Source: Eledone cirrhosa | Lineage: Eukaryota | Length of the DNA stretch: 64,000 nucleotides | Reading direction: 5' to 3' | NCBI GenBank assembly: GCA_964016885.1 | Contig: OZ024743.1 | Span: 213,404,001 to 213,468,000, forward strand | In this document: one piece after another, positions 28,387 to 41,256 of the stretch | How the letters are laid out: every line of letters starts with the position of its first letter | Position numbering within the stretch: the first letter of the stretch is position 1 | Made by a program: the position numbers and the translations under genes | The notes under the pieces: generated by a model | What the model saw: the letters and a program-made list of their open reading frames with translations, nothing else | What the model was told of the DNA's origin: nothing | The model's database searches: none

Positions 28387-28671
28387 ATTATTCAAAATAT
28401 TAATAAATGGAGACACTCACGTAATCAAAATATATGTTTTATTATATATATTTCGGAGATACTGTGCTGCTTTTTCAGTATGTCCTCATTAGATAAAATA
28501 CATAAATTGATGTATGACATACCTCAACTGTACTGATGGTTCAATTCCAGTCTTGCCTAGATTGGAATTGAACCATCAACACAGTTGAAAAAAACAGCAC
28601 AGTACCTCCGAAATATATATAATAAAACATACATTTTGATTACGTGAATGTCTCTAACTATTAATATTTTG

Positions 28672-28677
<6 letters not shown>
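28387..28677. mobile_element. Fold-back pLTR-like element with hammerhead (28437-28498, minus)
   Basis: Outer inverted repeat of about 90 bp, inner 30 bp hairpin 28524-28588; minus strand ttttat-CTAATGA-ggacatactg..cagtatctcc-GAAA-tatat-ATA-ataaaa. Confidence 0.7.
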
Positions 28678-28710
<33 letters not shown>

Positions 28711-28716
<6 letters not shown>

Positions 28717-29990
28717 AATAATGGAGCTGCGGCGTTGCAAATGGGATACATATGAAAAAGTGAGTCCTTCGTCAGTGACCCTCCAACCGTCCTCGGCATT
28801 TCATCGCTTTAAGGGCCATATGCCTCAGGTTGGTGCGAACAACGGCTAAAAAAAGTCGTTGGGACACGTAAATAAAGGGGGACGCTAGAGTAACAACAAA
28901 AAGGTTTAAGCAACGGAAAGTGAGTAGAAATAGACAAGTCCCAGATCTCTATGAATATAAACTCTGTGAAATCGTGAACAAGAGACGAAAGACCATCAGA
29001 CCTGGTAGAAATGTGAGCAAGGAAAGAATTTCGCCCAAGTTTTACGGGGGGGAAAAAAGAGAGAGAGAGAGAAAGAAAAAGGAGAGAAGAGGAAGAAGAA
29101 GAAGAAGATAAGGGGGTCAGGTCTGTTTGTTGTTACTCTAGCGTCCCCCTTTATTTACGTGTCCCAACGACTTTTTTTAGCCGTTGTTCGCACCAACCTG
29201 AGGCATATGGCCCTTAAAGCGATGAAATGCCGAGGACAGTTGGAGGGTCACTGATGAAGGACTCACTTTTTCATATGTATCCCATTTGCAACGCCGCAGC
29301 TCCATTATTATCATCATATTTACACATAATTTTTCCATGCTGCCTTCGTCTGTTTCGTTCCTTGTATCTTTACCACTTCTAGCAGTCTCCCTCTCTGTTA
29401 CCCTCTCCTCAACTTTCACTCACTCATTCTCTGTCACTACCTCTCCTCCTCCTCTTTCCTCCTCCTCCTTCAAGTTTGACCTGTGTGTAATTCTTTTCTC
29501 GTGCAGTCTTGACCGAGCTGGTATGAAATTTTTTTCTCTCTCTCTTTCGTCTGCGACTTCACAAAACTTGCGTTTACCGAATTCGTAGACCAGACCCCCT
29601 TATCTTCTTCTTCTTCTTCTTCTTCTTCTTCTTCTTCTTCTTCTTCCTCTTCTCTCCTTTTTCTTTCTCTCTCTCTCTCTTCCCCCCCCCCCCCCGTCAA
29701 ACTTGGGCGAAATTCTTTCCTTGCTCACATTTCTACCAGGTCTGATGGTCTTTCGTCTCTTGTTCACGATTTCACAGAGTTTATATTCATAGAGATCTGG
29801 GACTTGTCTATTTCTACTCACTTTCCGTTGCTTAAACCTTTTTGTTGTTACTCTAGCGTCCCCTTTATTTACGTGTCCCAACGACTTTTTTTAGCCGTTG
29901 TTCGCACCAACCTGAGGCATATGGCCCTTAAAGCGATGAAATGCCGAGTACGGTTGGAGGGTCACTGATGAAGGACTCACTTTTTCATAT
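28711..29990. mobile_element. Non-coding retrozyme/pLTR-like element: inverted partial copy plus 714 bp unit with terminal direct repeats
   Basis: 29126-29276 repeated at 29841-29990; 28711-29124 is an inverted copy; (TA)n at both outer ends. Confidence 0.8.
29161..29262 (+). ncRNA. Candidate rearranged hammerhead ribozyme (other copies 29875-29976 plus, 28764-28865 minus)
   Basis: ggcAT-A|tggccct..GAAAtgcc..agggtca-CTGATGA; stem III ggcat/atgcc, stem I tggccct/agggtca. Confidence 0.6.
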
Positions 29991-30648
29991 ATATATATAC
30001 ACATAATCATTTTATGGGCTTCTAATGGTAAATATTAGTTGTAATTAATCGAATAGGATGAGCGTATTGTAACAGGAATGGATTGTTCCAGTTATTTTAA
30101 CGAAACGGTTGTAAATCAATTAGATGAAAGCGAATAATCAAACCCTATTCTTCTTACAGGCTTAAAATCTTCTAAAAAGATGTATTTTGTAACCACCGTA
30201 TTGGTGAATAGATTCGCCGGCCATCCTTAATTAGCACTTCATGCTTACAATGTCCAAAGTACTGCTGTCCAAATAAAAAAAACAAGGGTATTCTTTAGTG
30301 CTGCTCGGTCTGCTAAATATAACGGCTAATGTTTTCCTCAAATTAGTGAGTGTATACGTTAAATGCTTCTATGCAATCTACCTTCTAAAAAGAGATAATA
30401 AAACAAAATGGAATCAACATCTCTCTATAAACATGTCTCAAAGAAAAACACACTTAACGTTCCTATAAAATGATTAGTAACACATCTCCTGGCTATGCCA
30501 AATGTAACTTGGAATAATGTGATGTTAATATTCTTATCGACAGCTGGTTTAATCTCCACAATGACGGCGAATCCACTCCACTATTACCACGATATTTATG
30601 TATACTGCTTTAATGCCAAACGGTGAGACAAATTGAAAAGAGAGTGAA

Positions 30649-30686
<38 letters not shown>

Positions 30687-31125
30687 GTATATTTATATTT
30701 ATGCATATAAATATATGCATAAATATATATATATGTTGTAGCTCTGGTTTGTTAGAATTATTGAGCGCTTGCCACACATCTCGGAAGTTGTTTTTCGCTA
30801 ATTTCCAAAGCGGAAATACGATTCTCGCTAATTTATATTTGTATATATATATATATATATATCATCAGATTGTGTCATACAATGCTCAGACGAAGACAAT
30901 CGGAAGTTTAATAATAGTTATTTCTAATTTAGACACAACACCAGCGCGTGAGCTTCCATTTGCATATAATAGTGAGAGATGAGGAGAGCGAGAGAGACGG
31001 AGGCAGTGAGTGAAAGAGAGAGAACATCAACTTACACGAGCACTTGTTAAGACAAAGAAGATTGAGAAGAACTTTTATACTTATTCTTAACTCTTACACA
31101 CAGTAAGGTATTCCATTTTATTTTG

Positions 31126-31330
31126 GGATTGGCAGTATCAGTGGAGGGTTGGACGCCATGCTTTTAAGCATAGAGTAACGGCTCTTTACCGTCTGAGTTC
31201 AAATTCCGCCGATGTTAAATTTGCCTTTCATCCTGACGTAGTCGATAAAATAAAGCACCAGTTTGGCATTGGGGTCTATTTAATCGACTTTCCCCTCCCC
31301 CAAAATTGCTGGCCTTGTGCCTATATAAGA
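31126..31330 (+). mobile_element. Nin-domain SINE
   Basis: ggattggcagtatc, gagttcaaattcc, gcctttcatcc, ttgctggccttgtgcc. Confidence 0.85.
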
Positions 31331-31493
31331 AAAAAATTATTATTATTACTAAGGGCGGTGAATTGGCAGTATATCCCCTCAGATTGTTGGCCTTCTCTCA
31401 GAAATCATTAATATTACTACTAAAGCGAATAATTTAGGGGCGAGGAAAATAGATTGAACCGATCTAGTTGTGTGTTTCACTGATATTATGTTT

Positions 31494-32240
31494 CTTCTTC
31501 TTCTTCTTCGTCTTCGTCTTCTTCTTTTTCTTCTTCTTCTTCTATCCAACCATTTTGCTCCTGGTCTACCCCTGGGTCTCCTGCCGGTTGGTTTTGCACG
31601 TAAAATCTCTTTAGCGATTCTTTCCTGTGACACTCTAACCACGTGCCCATCATATCAGAGCTGTGATCTTTCAATTCGGAGCAGTGGAGACTCTACTTGA
31701 AGCGATTTCCTGATCTCCGAGCTACGCACTCTATCGAGTAACGTTACTCCAAAACTCTTCGAAGGAATCCCATTTTGACTTCTTGTATTCGCGATCGTAT
31801 TCTTTCTCTTATCCTCCAAAATTCATAGTCATAGGTATGGGTTGGCACGAATACCGAATCGAAGATACCGATTTTGGCTTTTACACCTACCTCCCTTTCT
31901 CTTGCAGACTACTTCCTCCCATCACTCGTGAACATTACCCTCAGATACTCAAGCATCTCCATCTTCTTCGGTGGATTTTCACTCACATGTAGAGTGCACT
32001 GCGGAGACTTCCCTGAGAGGATGCGTGTCCCAGTCTTCGCAGCACCATCATTCCTATCATGTAGCACTCGGCATCAAACCTATAAAATGTATGTTGGCGA
32101 TCAACTGACGTGATAGGTCGTACCATATCGTCCTCAAATCCCAGGCGATTGATCCTACATCCTCCAGTCTCTATACCACTTCCAACCCAGTAGGGCATGT
32201 CAATCATGTTCATGAAGATTATATACAAGAAAGGTGACAG
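31494..32240 (-). mobile_element. 5'-truncated RTE LINE with (GAA)n tail
   Basis: LSPFLYIIFM, GFEDDMV and C-terminal KPTGRRPRGRPGAKWLD followed by (GAA)n. Confidence 0.8.
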
Positions 32241-35200
32241 TACTTTAAGTGATTCATTGAAATGTAACAACCTCCGAGAAAAAAATCACATCCAGATACC
32301 TACCAAATTCCACTAAGTAAAATGAATTGGTATGGTAAAGGATCTAAATGAAATTAATAGCCTTGTTCAGCGAAATCCAACAATAAATTTATTGGTAGCA
32401 TAGTTAATTCAGTAAAATTTAGAAAGGTAACTAGAAGTAGGCAGTGAGTAATTAGACAATGAGGAACGTAATTATTCCGGTATGTTCAGGAGAGGACCCC
32501 GGATATATGAAACTTTTCAGTGAAGAACAAACGTCATGGTACCCAATGAATTAGTAATGAGAAAATTACTAGGTAATGTAAAAGAAAAGATGTAAAATAT
32601 TCAGAATGGTGTTTTCTGAATAATTTCTCTCAGAAGTCTATTATTTTAGACAGTACAATTTCTCAGCAACCACTTCTACTCTGACACATTTTATCTCGAT
32701 TATTGCAGGTACTTTTCTGGACTCAGCAATACCTGATGAAGCTCATGGAATTAGGATTTCTCTGTATTCCAATGCAAGAGTAGAGATGAAGGTTAGTGTA
32801 TAATGCTTGAATATTACTTCCGTTATCTCGATGTTCTCTCTAGGAAGGGAGATTAGATTTTTATCTTCTTAACACCATAAAACAGGGATTCGAGAGGAAT
32901 TTCCATTATTAGTTCATCTGAACATTGAAAACAATTATGCACAGATCTTTTGCATAAAAAAATGTTTTCCATGTGTTGGAAAGATTTGAAATCCCCACTA
33001 CAGCGAGTTACTATTCCCTGTTCAGTAAAATATTCCAAATTCCAAATGAAGTAACCTTAAATACAGATTTCTGAGAAATTGGGGATAGTTATCATCAGTA
33101 CCGATTATTCAAAAGGGGAGTTCAGAAGAGAGCGTGATAAATGCAGTTACTATGGGGAGTGGAGTATGTAACGTTTCGCGTTCCTGTCTCTCTTCTAAGA
33201 TAGGGGGACATTTAGAAAAGTATTGTTGCTTAAGCTGTATGATGAAAACGATGAAAGAACTCATGTTGAAGGAGTAGTATAAGTGTAGGTGGTTATATGG
33301 GATGTGATGCCATATGAGTGGTGGTGTTAGATGAGATGTCTGAGGTGCAATGTGAACAAAGGAACCACGGTTTTATTTCGAATGAGTTGTTTTATAGAAA
33401 ATACTGTGTGCTTCATAACTGGAGCTTTCTGAACTAACTGACAGATCAAAAGAAAGAAGAAGACACAATGATATTGCCAAAGGAAATGAATATAAACTAT
33501 CAAAATGGCAATAAGAACGGTAACAACAACAATTCTTTAAAGCGAAACGGATTTTAGGAAACATTCTATAAAGATTATTTTACTTATTCACATTATTTAT
33601 TCTTTTTTAGCAACAGATGTGCGTCGTCCCGTATTAGATCTTAGTAAAATAAAGTGTACGTACATAATCTTATCTTTGAAAACATAGACGACGGCGAACT
33701 TAAGTGTAAAGATTCAAAATATTGAGAGACATACAGTTACAATCTGAGAGTAAATAGATTGATAAGTAGATCGATATGAAAACAAAGAAATAAAGCATAA
33801 ACGTACCTAAACCATCTATAATATTAAATAATGTACACACAGCAGCAATAACCACAAAAAATAAGAAAAAAATGAATTACAAAAGAAAATTCCCAAAGAA
33901 CAGAAGAGTTGTTTTAGTATTAAAACAAAGGCTAAAACACAACAACGAGACAAATCCATATGCACTCAACCAACTATGGCACGGAAAAAACATAGTAAAA
34001 CAAAACTAAAACCTCCATATTAACGGTCGGGCGTACAAGAAGCATACCAACAAGCCAACTATATTAACAACATAGAAAAATGCCAGCCAAATATACTTCA
34101 AAAGACAATTTATTATCTTATATAGGAAGGGAGATCTTGGATGTTGTCCTTGGTTTGGTGCACAAAAGCTAAGATGAAAACGTTATCGTATTAGAAATGG
34201 GGTGGATGCGTTGATAAAGACAGACTTAAATATACTAAATCCTAGAATACGATGCGATCTCTATACCGTCGTTAGAACAAATATTTAGATAGACCATGCT
34301 TATATTAAACAACAACAAAGACGAAGGACAATATCAACGACAACAAAACAACAACAGGTGACTTGCAAATAGGCTAAAATACCAATATCATCAATTTACA
34401 AAGCTATTTTTGACTTACATACTCCCTGTATTAAGAATCGTTATTAAAATCTGGTGCGTTATTAAAATCTATTTTATATCAGTAGATTTTAATAACGCAC
34501 CAGTGATTCGTGGTTTTATGGGGTATAGTTTCAACGGAGATTATTATTAACCCATGCTTTGAAACATGTTCCAAGATAGGTAGACATTTGCTGCTACTAT
34601 ACAGGCTTATGTTACTACTACTACTACTACTACTACTACTGTTGCTGCTGCTGCTGTGCTCAGAAGAGATTTGAATGTAGTCACTCCACGCCAAATCATA
34701 TTTAAAGCACAAGTTACTGTCTTTTAAAACATATAGTAAGTATGGTTTAATGAAGCCTTAGATAATTTATGTGCCACTCGCGCCACAAGAAAAAATTAAA
34801 TCATTACTGCACTTGAATCAACAAGATTATATAATGTAATACCAGATTGCTGAGTTAGACACATCTAACATGCTACGCTAGACACTTTCCATTAACTAAA
34901 TCAGTTCTCATAGAACTATTTCTACACAACCCTTATATTTCATATACACGATTGTCACCCAATAGAATTACATAACTGACTTAGCGCATGCTCCGTACAT
35001 TAATTACCCATTAAAATAGCACACTACAGTATCCTATATAATCGATACTCCTTACTATAACACATTCCACACATCACTACATTTTAACACAGATCACATT
35101 CTACACAACTGACCCACAAAAATATAACTCAACACATACCACAAATACTGTATGCAATTACGATTTGATACAATAACACAAACCACAATTCATACAAGAC

Positions 35201-35639
35201 GTACGAAATATTATTACTATAACACAACATACAATAACGCAATTTCAAAACATATGTAACACGAACATAATTCTAGGCTCCACGATGTAGCACATACTTC
35301 ACTAACACGGTGATGCACCTGATGGTACAGTAGAAACTATCAAGAATTTGCCGAAACACATGATAATAATGATGATGATGATAATAATGGTGATGTTGCT
35401 GTTGCTGGTGGTGATGATACTGCTGCTTACGGGGAAAGGCGAAACCAAAGGAAAAGCGCCCATAATGATAGACAAACATAAACAAAGATGTAACTAAGTA
35501 TAAACCTACCACTTGTCTTCCAATAATATAGAAACTATTGACCAGCACAATCTCCGAAGAAATCTACTAACATGTAAATACTAATATTTCAATACCAATA
35601 AGAGAAAGAATGGTGAAATAAAAACAGAGGGGAAAACGT

Positions 35640-37012
35640 ATGAATATTCAGTGAGAACGAATGAATGGAATTTAGAAGTAAATGTTGGGTAAGTCTTGAT
35701 ACTGTGTAAGTTCCATAGACTGGAAGACTATAGGATTTTGAGAGTGAAGTTAAAATAATATTGATGACGTACAATAAGTGTCACAGAATAATGTTGCTAT
35801 TAGACTACATATGAAACGATCCGATAGTGGAAGAGGGCTAATTAGCGTAGAAGATTGTGCTGTAATGGCGGAACACTGAGTGTAAATGTCGAGCCGAAAA
35901 GTAAGAAAGAGCCGTGATAAAAGAAGGAAAATAAACGCCAGAAAGACAAAGAATATATGAAAAACAGGAAAGAAAAATAGAAGTTGAAGAAAATTCATGA
36001 ACACTTCTTCAAGAACACATATAAAAACCTCTGTATTTCAGACTGGATAAGGAGAAGGGATTTGAATAAAACCACAGAAGCTTGCACCAAAATAGTTCCA
36101 AAGGACTCGAGTGGTCAGAATATATATATATATAAACAAGTAGAGACAATAGGGATATGTCGCTTCTATATCGATTAAGTGGCGAAAGAAAAGAGACTAT
36201 TACCCACTCAATATAAGAGTGTAAGAATCTGATGTTGTACCCGTATAAATGCTGGGACATGGCAACATTGCATAATGTAAAAACTGTCAAATGTGTAAAA
36301 CACATTGTATAGAAAAGCCTGGAATGCGGTAAGGACGTAAACCGATGAAAAACGTCGAAAATGAACGAGTAAATATTACTAGAGACTGATAGAATAATTG
36401 TTTCTACTTTTGGCACAAGACCAGCAAATTACCCAGTGCATTACTGGTACTTTATTTTATCGACCCCGTAAGGATGAAAGGCAAAGTTAACCTCGGCGGG
36501 ATTTGTACTCATAGAATAATGTTTCTACTTTTGGCACAAAGCCAGCAATTACCCCAGTGCATTAGTGGTACTTTATTTCATCGACGCCGTACGGATGAAA
36601 GGCAAAGTTAACCTGGCGGGATTTGAACTCAGAACGTAAAGGACCATAACTCTAAGCTGCAAACCATAGTTTCTGACGCTCTACCGAATGATAGAATGAT
36701 AGAATAATAACAGAGCTTGTAAGCTAGTATAAACAGTATACCGATTCATCACTTTAGTGAAAGAAAAGAACAACGAAAAGATAGATAAATACCAACATCT
36801 AATGTGAGAACTAAAAATGCTGTGGAGCAAAATGCTGTGGAGCAAAATGCTGTGGAGCAACAGGGAGATAATAACTATTCCTGTTATAATACAAGATATA
36901 GTGTCTAAATATATCAGAAAATAGGTTTCTATGTTCAGTTTAAAAATAAACCTCGAGACACTACAGAAAACATACTTTTTCGATACAGCATAAGCTTTAA
37001 GATATGTGCTGG
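35640..37012 (+). mobile_element. Degraded R4/Dong-like LINE 3' portion, interrupted by SINEs
   Basis: RLHMKRSDSGRGLISVEDC, ETITH..EC remnant and a C-terminal TA..LR.VL-like end. Confidence 0.6.
36399..36686 (-). mobile_element. Tandem pair of Nin-domain SINEs
   Basis: Two reverse-complement cores separated and flanked by atagaataat. Confidence 0.85.
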
Positions 37013-37882
37013 ATGATGATCAACTCGGAGGGTGGATGTTACTATTATTGGTATTACGGCTACATAAATTTTTGATTATAGTTAACGGATTTTTATTGTT
37101 GTCGCTGTTGCTGTTGCTATTACTTTTAATGAAAGGGCTGGACGTTTTTGCAAGCAGGTTGTACAGAAATTGAAGCACTGTGTCTATATTCAACGCAAAG
37201 ATAAATGTATGTTTTTAAGCAGATCTTCACCTCGGTTGCAATTTTTGCCTCAGATAGTATATGTCAACGTAACATGTAATCAACATCCACACCTCATTAA
37301 ATAAGGGACCTAAATAAATGCCGCATATTTTATATATAAACTCATCCTTACTAGTGATACTCGTAATCCCTACTGATTATAGGTTTAAAAAGAGTTGAAA
37401 TTTATTAATCAGCACGGTCATTCTGAAAGCCTTGTACTTCAAACATATGCTGAACTTCCACATCTATTTCCACACGCAATCGGTTTCGACAATAAGCACT
37501 CCAGTTGATAAAACAATAGTTTACTTATTACATTAACTTATATGTGGATAAGTCTACCTTTAACGCCAATTCTCAGAGGAAGTTAGAATGACGCAGAAGT
37601 TAGAAGTTAGAAATTACAGTCTTAAAACTCAGATGGGGGTACGCTTCATCTGAACCCTGAAATGCACGATTGGGAAGTGAACTTCTTACCCGTTTGGTAA
37701 TATATATACATGTATAACTGTATGTGTGTGTGTATTTGTATGCGCATGTGTGTGTGTCTCTCTGTATAAGTGTTTGTGTATTTATACACATAGATTTAGA
37801 CAGACAAATGAGTAAATGATTGTATGTGTACGTTTATAGGCATGCAACTTTAGCAACGTAAAAATACACACACTCGTGCACG

Positions 37883-37992
<110 letters not shown>

Positions 37993-38807
37993 CGTATAAG
38001 AAATGCAATATAATATTAGTGATACCATGTCAGAATTTGACTGTTTTGCTTTCGAAGAAATGTGAATGTTGTAAGATTAATTGTTGCAAAGTGTTGACAA
38101 TTCGCTATCTATTCATCATTAACGCAATCTAAATTTATATGGTTTCTTATGAAACTTGATCGCAAAATACAGAACGGCTTTCAGAGACATGTTTACACTT
38201 GATAATGAAAAATGCTCATTGGTATGGCAATAGAACTAAATGATTGGATATTTCATTTAACGTAAAATACAGTGTCAGGCTGTTGACAAACTAATTGTTG
38301 CTGCGTTTCCTTTTAAAACTTTTGCGTTCAATCACTGTTTAATCTGTGAACGATCAACTCAGTTGATTTAGTTTACAGATATATATTAACTAATCAAAAT
38401 ATTGTCACATATTACAGTTGTTAGTGGAGATATATTTGTGAAATAATCAATAATTTCAGGAGCATTTTCCCCCTATATGACCCAGCATGAGAAGGAATGG
38501 TGCTATTCATGACCTTTCTGAGATTGATGGAAAAAGTGGAGGATTTGATATCATCAAACCGGAGGTTAAGTCTGAAAGTTTGTATTAGTATGGATACCAA
38601 TAAAGGAACACAGAAGTGTAGACGTGGTCGTGGTATGATGAGTTAGAGATCCGTTATGCATGCATACCCATAACTCCAGAGGGAATCGTATTGATATTTC
38701 TAGGGCATCTTTTAAGCCTAGTGGAGTTCATCTTCTTTCCATCTCTGAATAAAATAGATTTCTCCTAGAGAAGGATAGAGAGAGTGAGAGAAGGGAAGAG
38801 AGAAGAA

Positions 38808-38963
38808 TCAACCCCAGTACTTGAATAGTAATATTTTTATAGACCTAGAATCGCTGAAAGGCAAAGTTGATCTCGGCGGGATTTGAACTCGGAGAGCAGA
38901 TAGCCAAAACGAATACCAGAAGGCATTCGATCCGTCGTTCCAATGACTCCACCAGTTCACCGC
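38808..38963 (-). mobile_element. Older Nin-domain SINE
   Basis: ccccagtac, gaaaggcaaagttgatctcggcgggatttgaactc, ttcaccgc. Confidence 0.75.
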
Positions 38964-40287
38964 TTTTCGTTAGTTATAGTTTATATCAAATCAGCTCAAC
39001 TGACGTCAGCGGAATCAATGTAAAATTGACGAGTGTGTAATCAACAGGAAATACCTAGTTGGTATTCAATCGAAGTCAATGATGCTGGATGAGCTATATG
39101 GTGATGATGTTTTGAGAATTAAAGTTATCTTCAATTGAAAGTAATGCTAGTATGGCAGGAGGTCAGCTATGCCACCTCAGGTGTGAGCCATAGTCACCAT
39201 AACAACAACAATAGTCAAGGCAGTGCCATTATACCCAATGCAGTGAGAATAAAATGTCTAATTAGAAATACTTACGCGATATTGAAAAGATAATCTAATC
39301 TCGAAAAGACAATAAATGATTGATATAATATTATTTATGCAAGCTAATGCGGAACACCATGCATGTTTTGCTGTAATGGGACCTCCTTATTGACACATAA
39401 GAAGTATTCTAGTGGTGTAGGTGTTGGCAAATCAGTCTTTATTAGGCAGTCTTACATATTTTTATTATTGAAGGCAATTGTTATCATTTTATAGTCACAG
39501 GTCAGCTCTGATCGAACAGACTGATGATACAATTGTTCTGGCCATGACCATATTGTGTCATTGTCCCAAACCATCTAAGATGGTACAGTGTTGATTAATG
39601 AGTGTTTACGGGGAAATTGACTGTTACTTCCAGTAGAGATAAAATTCATGTAGAGGCCCAATCATAGGCTCTTTTTTTCAGGTATTTGCGTGTGTAGCAG
39701 CAATAACGTCTGCGAGATTCAACTTTCACTACTAGTGTTTAAGGGGAAATTGACTGCTACTTCTAGCAGGACGAGAGATGATATGGGGGGGCCCAATTGT
39801 GGCGTAGTAGTAACGAGGTCTAGGATTAATCCTTCACAGCAGATGCTTGGTGTTCTACGTACGGAAAAGAATACAAGAAACAACTATGTTCCGTTATCTA
39901 TGTTCTGCTGTTGAAAACATCGCTGATGTTAAAGTGCAAATGAAAAGTAAAACAAGAAAGAACGAAAAATAAAACAAAACATAAAAATCTTATATGAAAA
40001 TGTATGTACACAGGAAAATATACATATTTACAGAATGAAAATGGGTGTACTTATGTATAACAACAAAAAATATAACAGTGAAGAGAAGAGAATGTGACGG
40101 AGAAAGAGAGGGAAAAAGACAGAGAGGGAAGTGAGTGAAAGACAGAGGAGAGGAGAGCAAGAAATAGGGAGAACGTGAAAGCAAATATGAGAGATAGAGA
40201 GAGAGGATAGGAGAGTAAGAGGAAGAGAGAGAGAGAGAATGATATATATAAATTTATATATTTATATATATATATATACACACACAA

Positions 40288-40368
<81 letters not shown>

Positions 40369-40376
40369 ATGTGTGT

Positions 40377-40455
<79 letters not shown>

Positions 40456-40816
40456 CACACACACACACATATATATATATAGAGAGAGAGAGAGAAAGGG
40501 AGAGAGAAAGAGAGAGAGAGAGAAGTATAGAGGTACAAATAAAGTTGATAGTAGCTTTTTTTTCAATACTTATTAGAAGGGAGATTGTAAGGATGGAAGA
40601 AGGAATATCAGACGAACGTTGCATTTCAAATTTCTTCAGTTCACTGGACAACGTTAACACCACAACAACACAAATACATAATAGAACAAGAACAGAATCA
40701 TATTTCTCAGATAGTCACATACCATAAATGCATACACGTAAATATATTTACATACACTCGCATTCGCATACATCACTATGTATACATAGACACACAAGCA
40801 AACATACCCCCACCCC

Positions 40817-40880
<64 letters not shown>

Positions 40881-41106
40881 ATATATATGTGTATATATAT
40901 ATGTGTATATATATGTGTATATATATATATATATCTATATATGTATATATATGTACATTTATGTATGTATATTATATATATTTGTGCGTGTATTATATAT
41001 ATATATTACACTTTCAGCCGAGAATGAACAGAATTAATCTGGTTACATTTTAGCTTGGCTTATAGCTGTCAAATATATAAGCTATATTAATAAAACATCG
41101 TTTTTT

Positions 41107-41256
<150 letters not shown>

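Noticed and set aside
29208-29222. Resemblance of ggcccttaaagcg to the pistol ribozyme motif
   Set aside because: The pairing partner lies downstream and abuts CTGATGA, and the other pistol elements are missing; a hammerhead fits better.
32300-34330. Possible APE-endonuclease (GDF) and PLE remnants
   Set aside because: Too decayed to support boundaries or family by eye.
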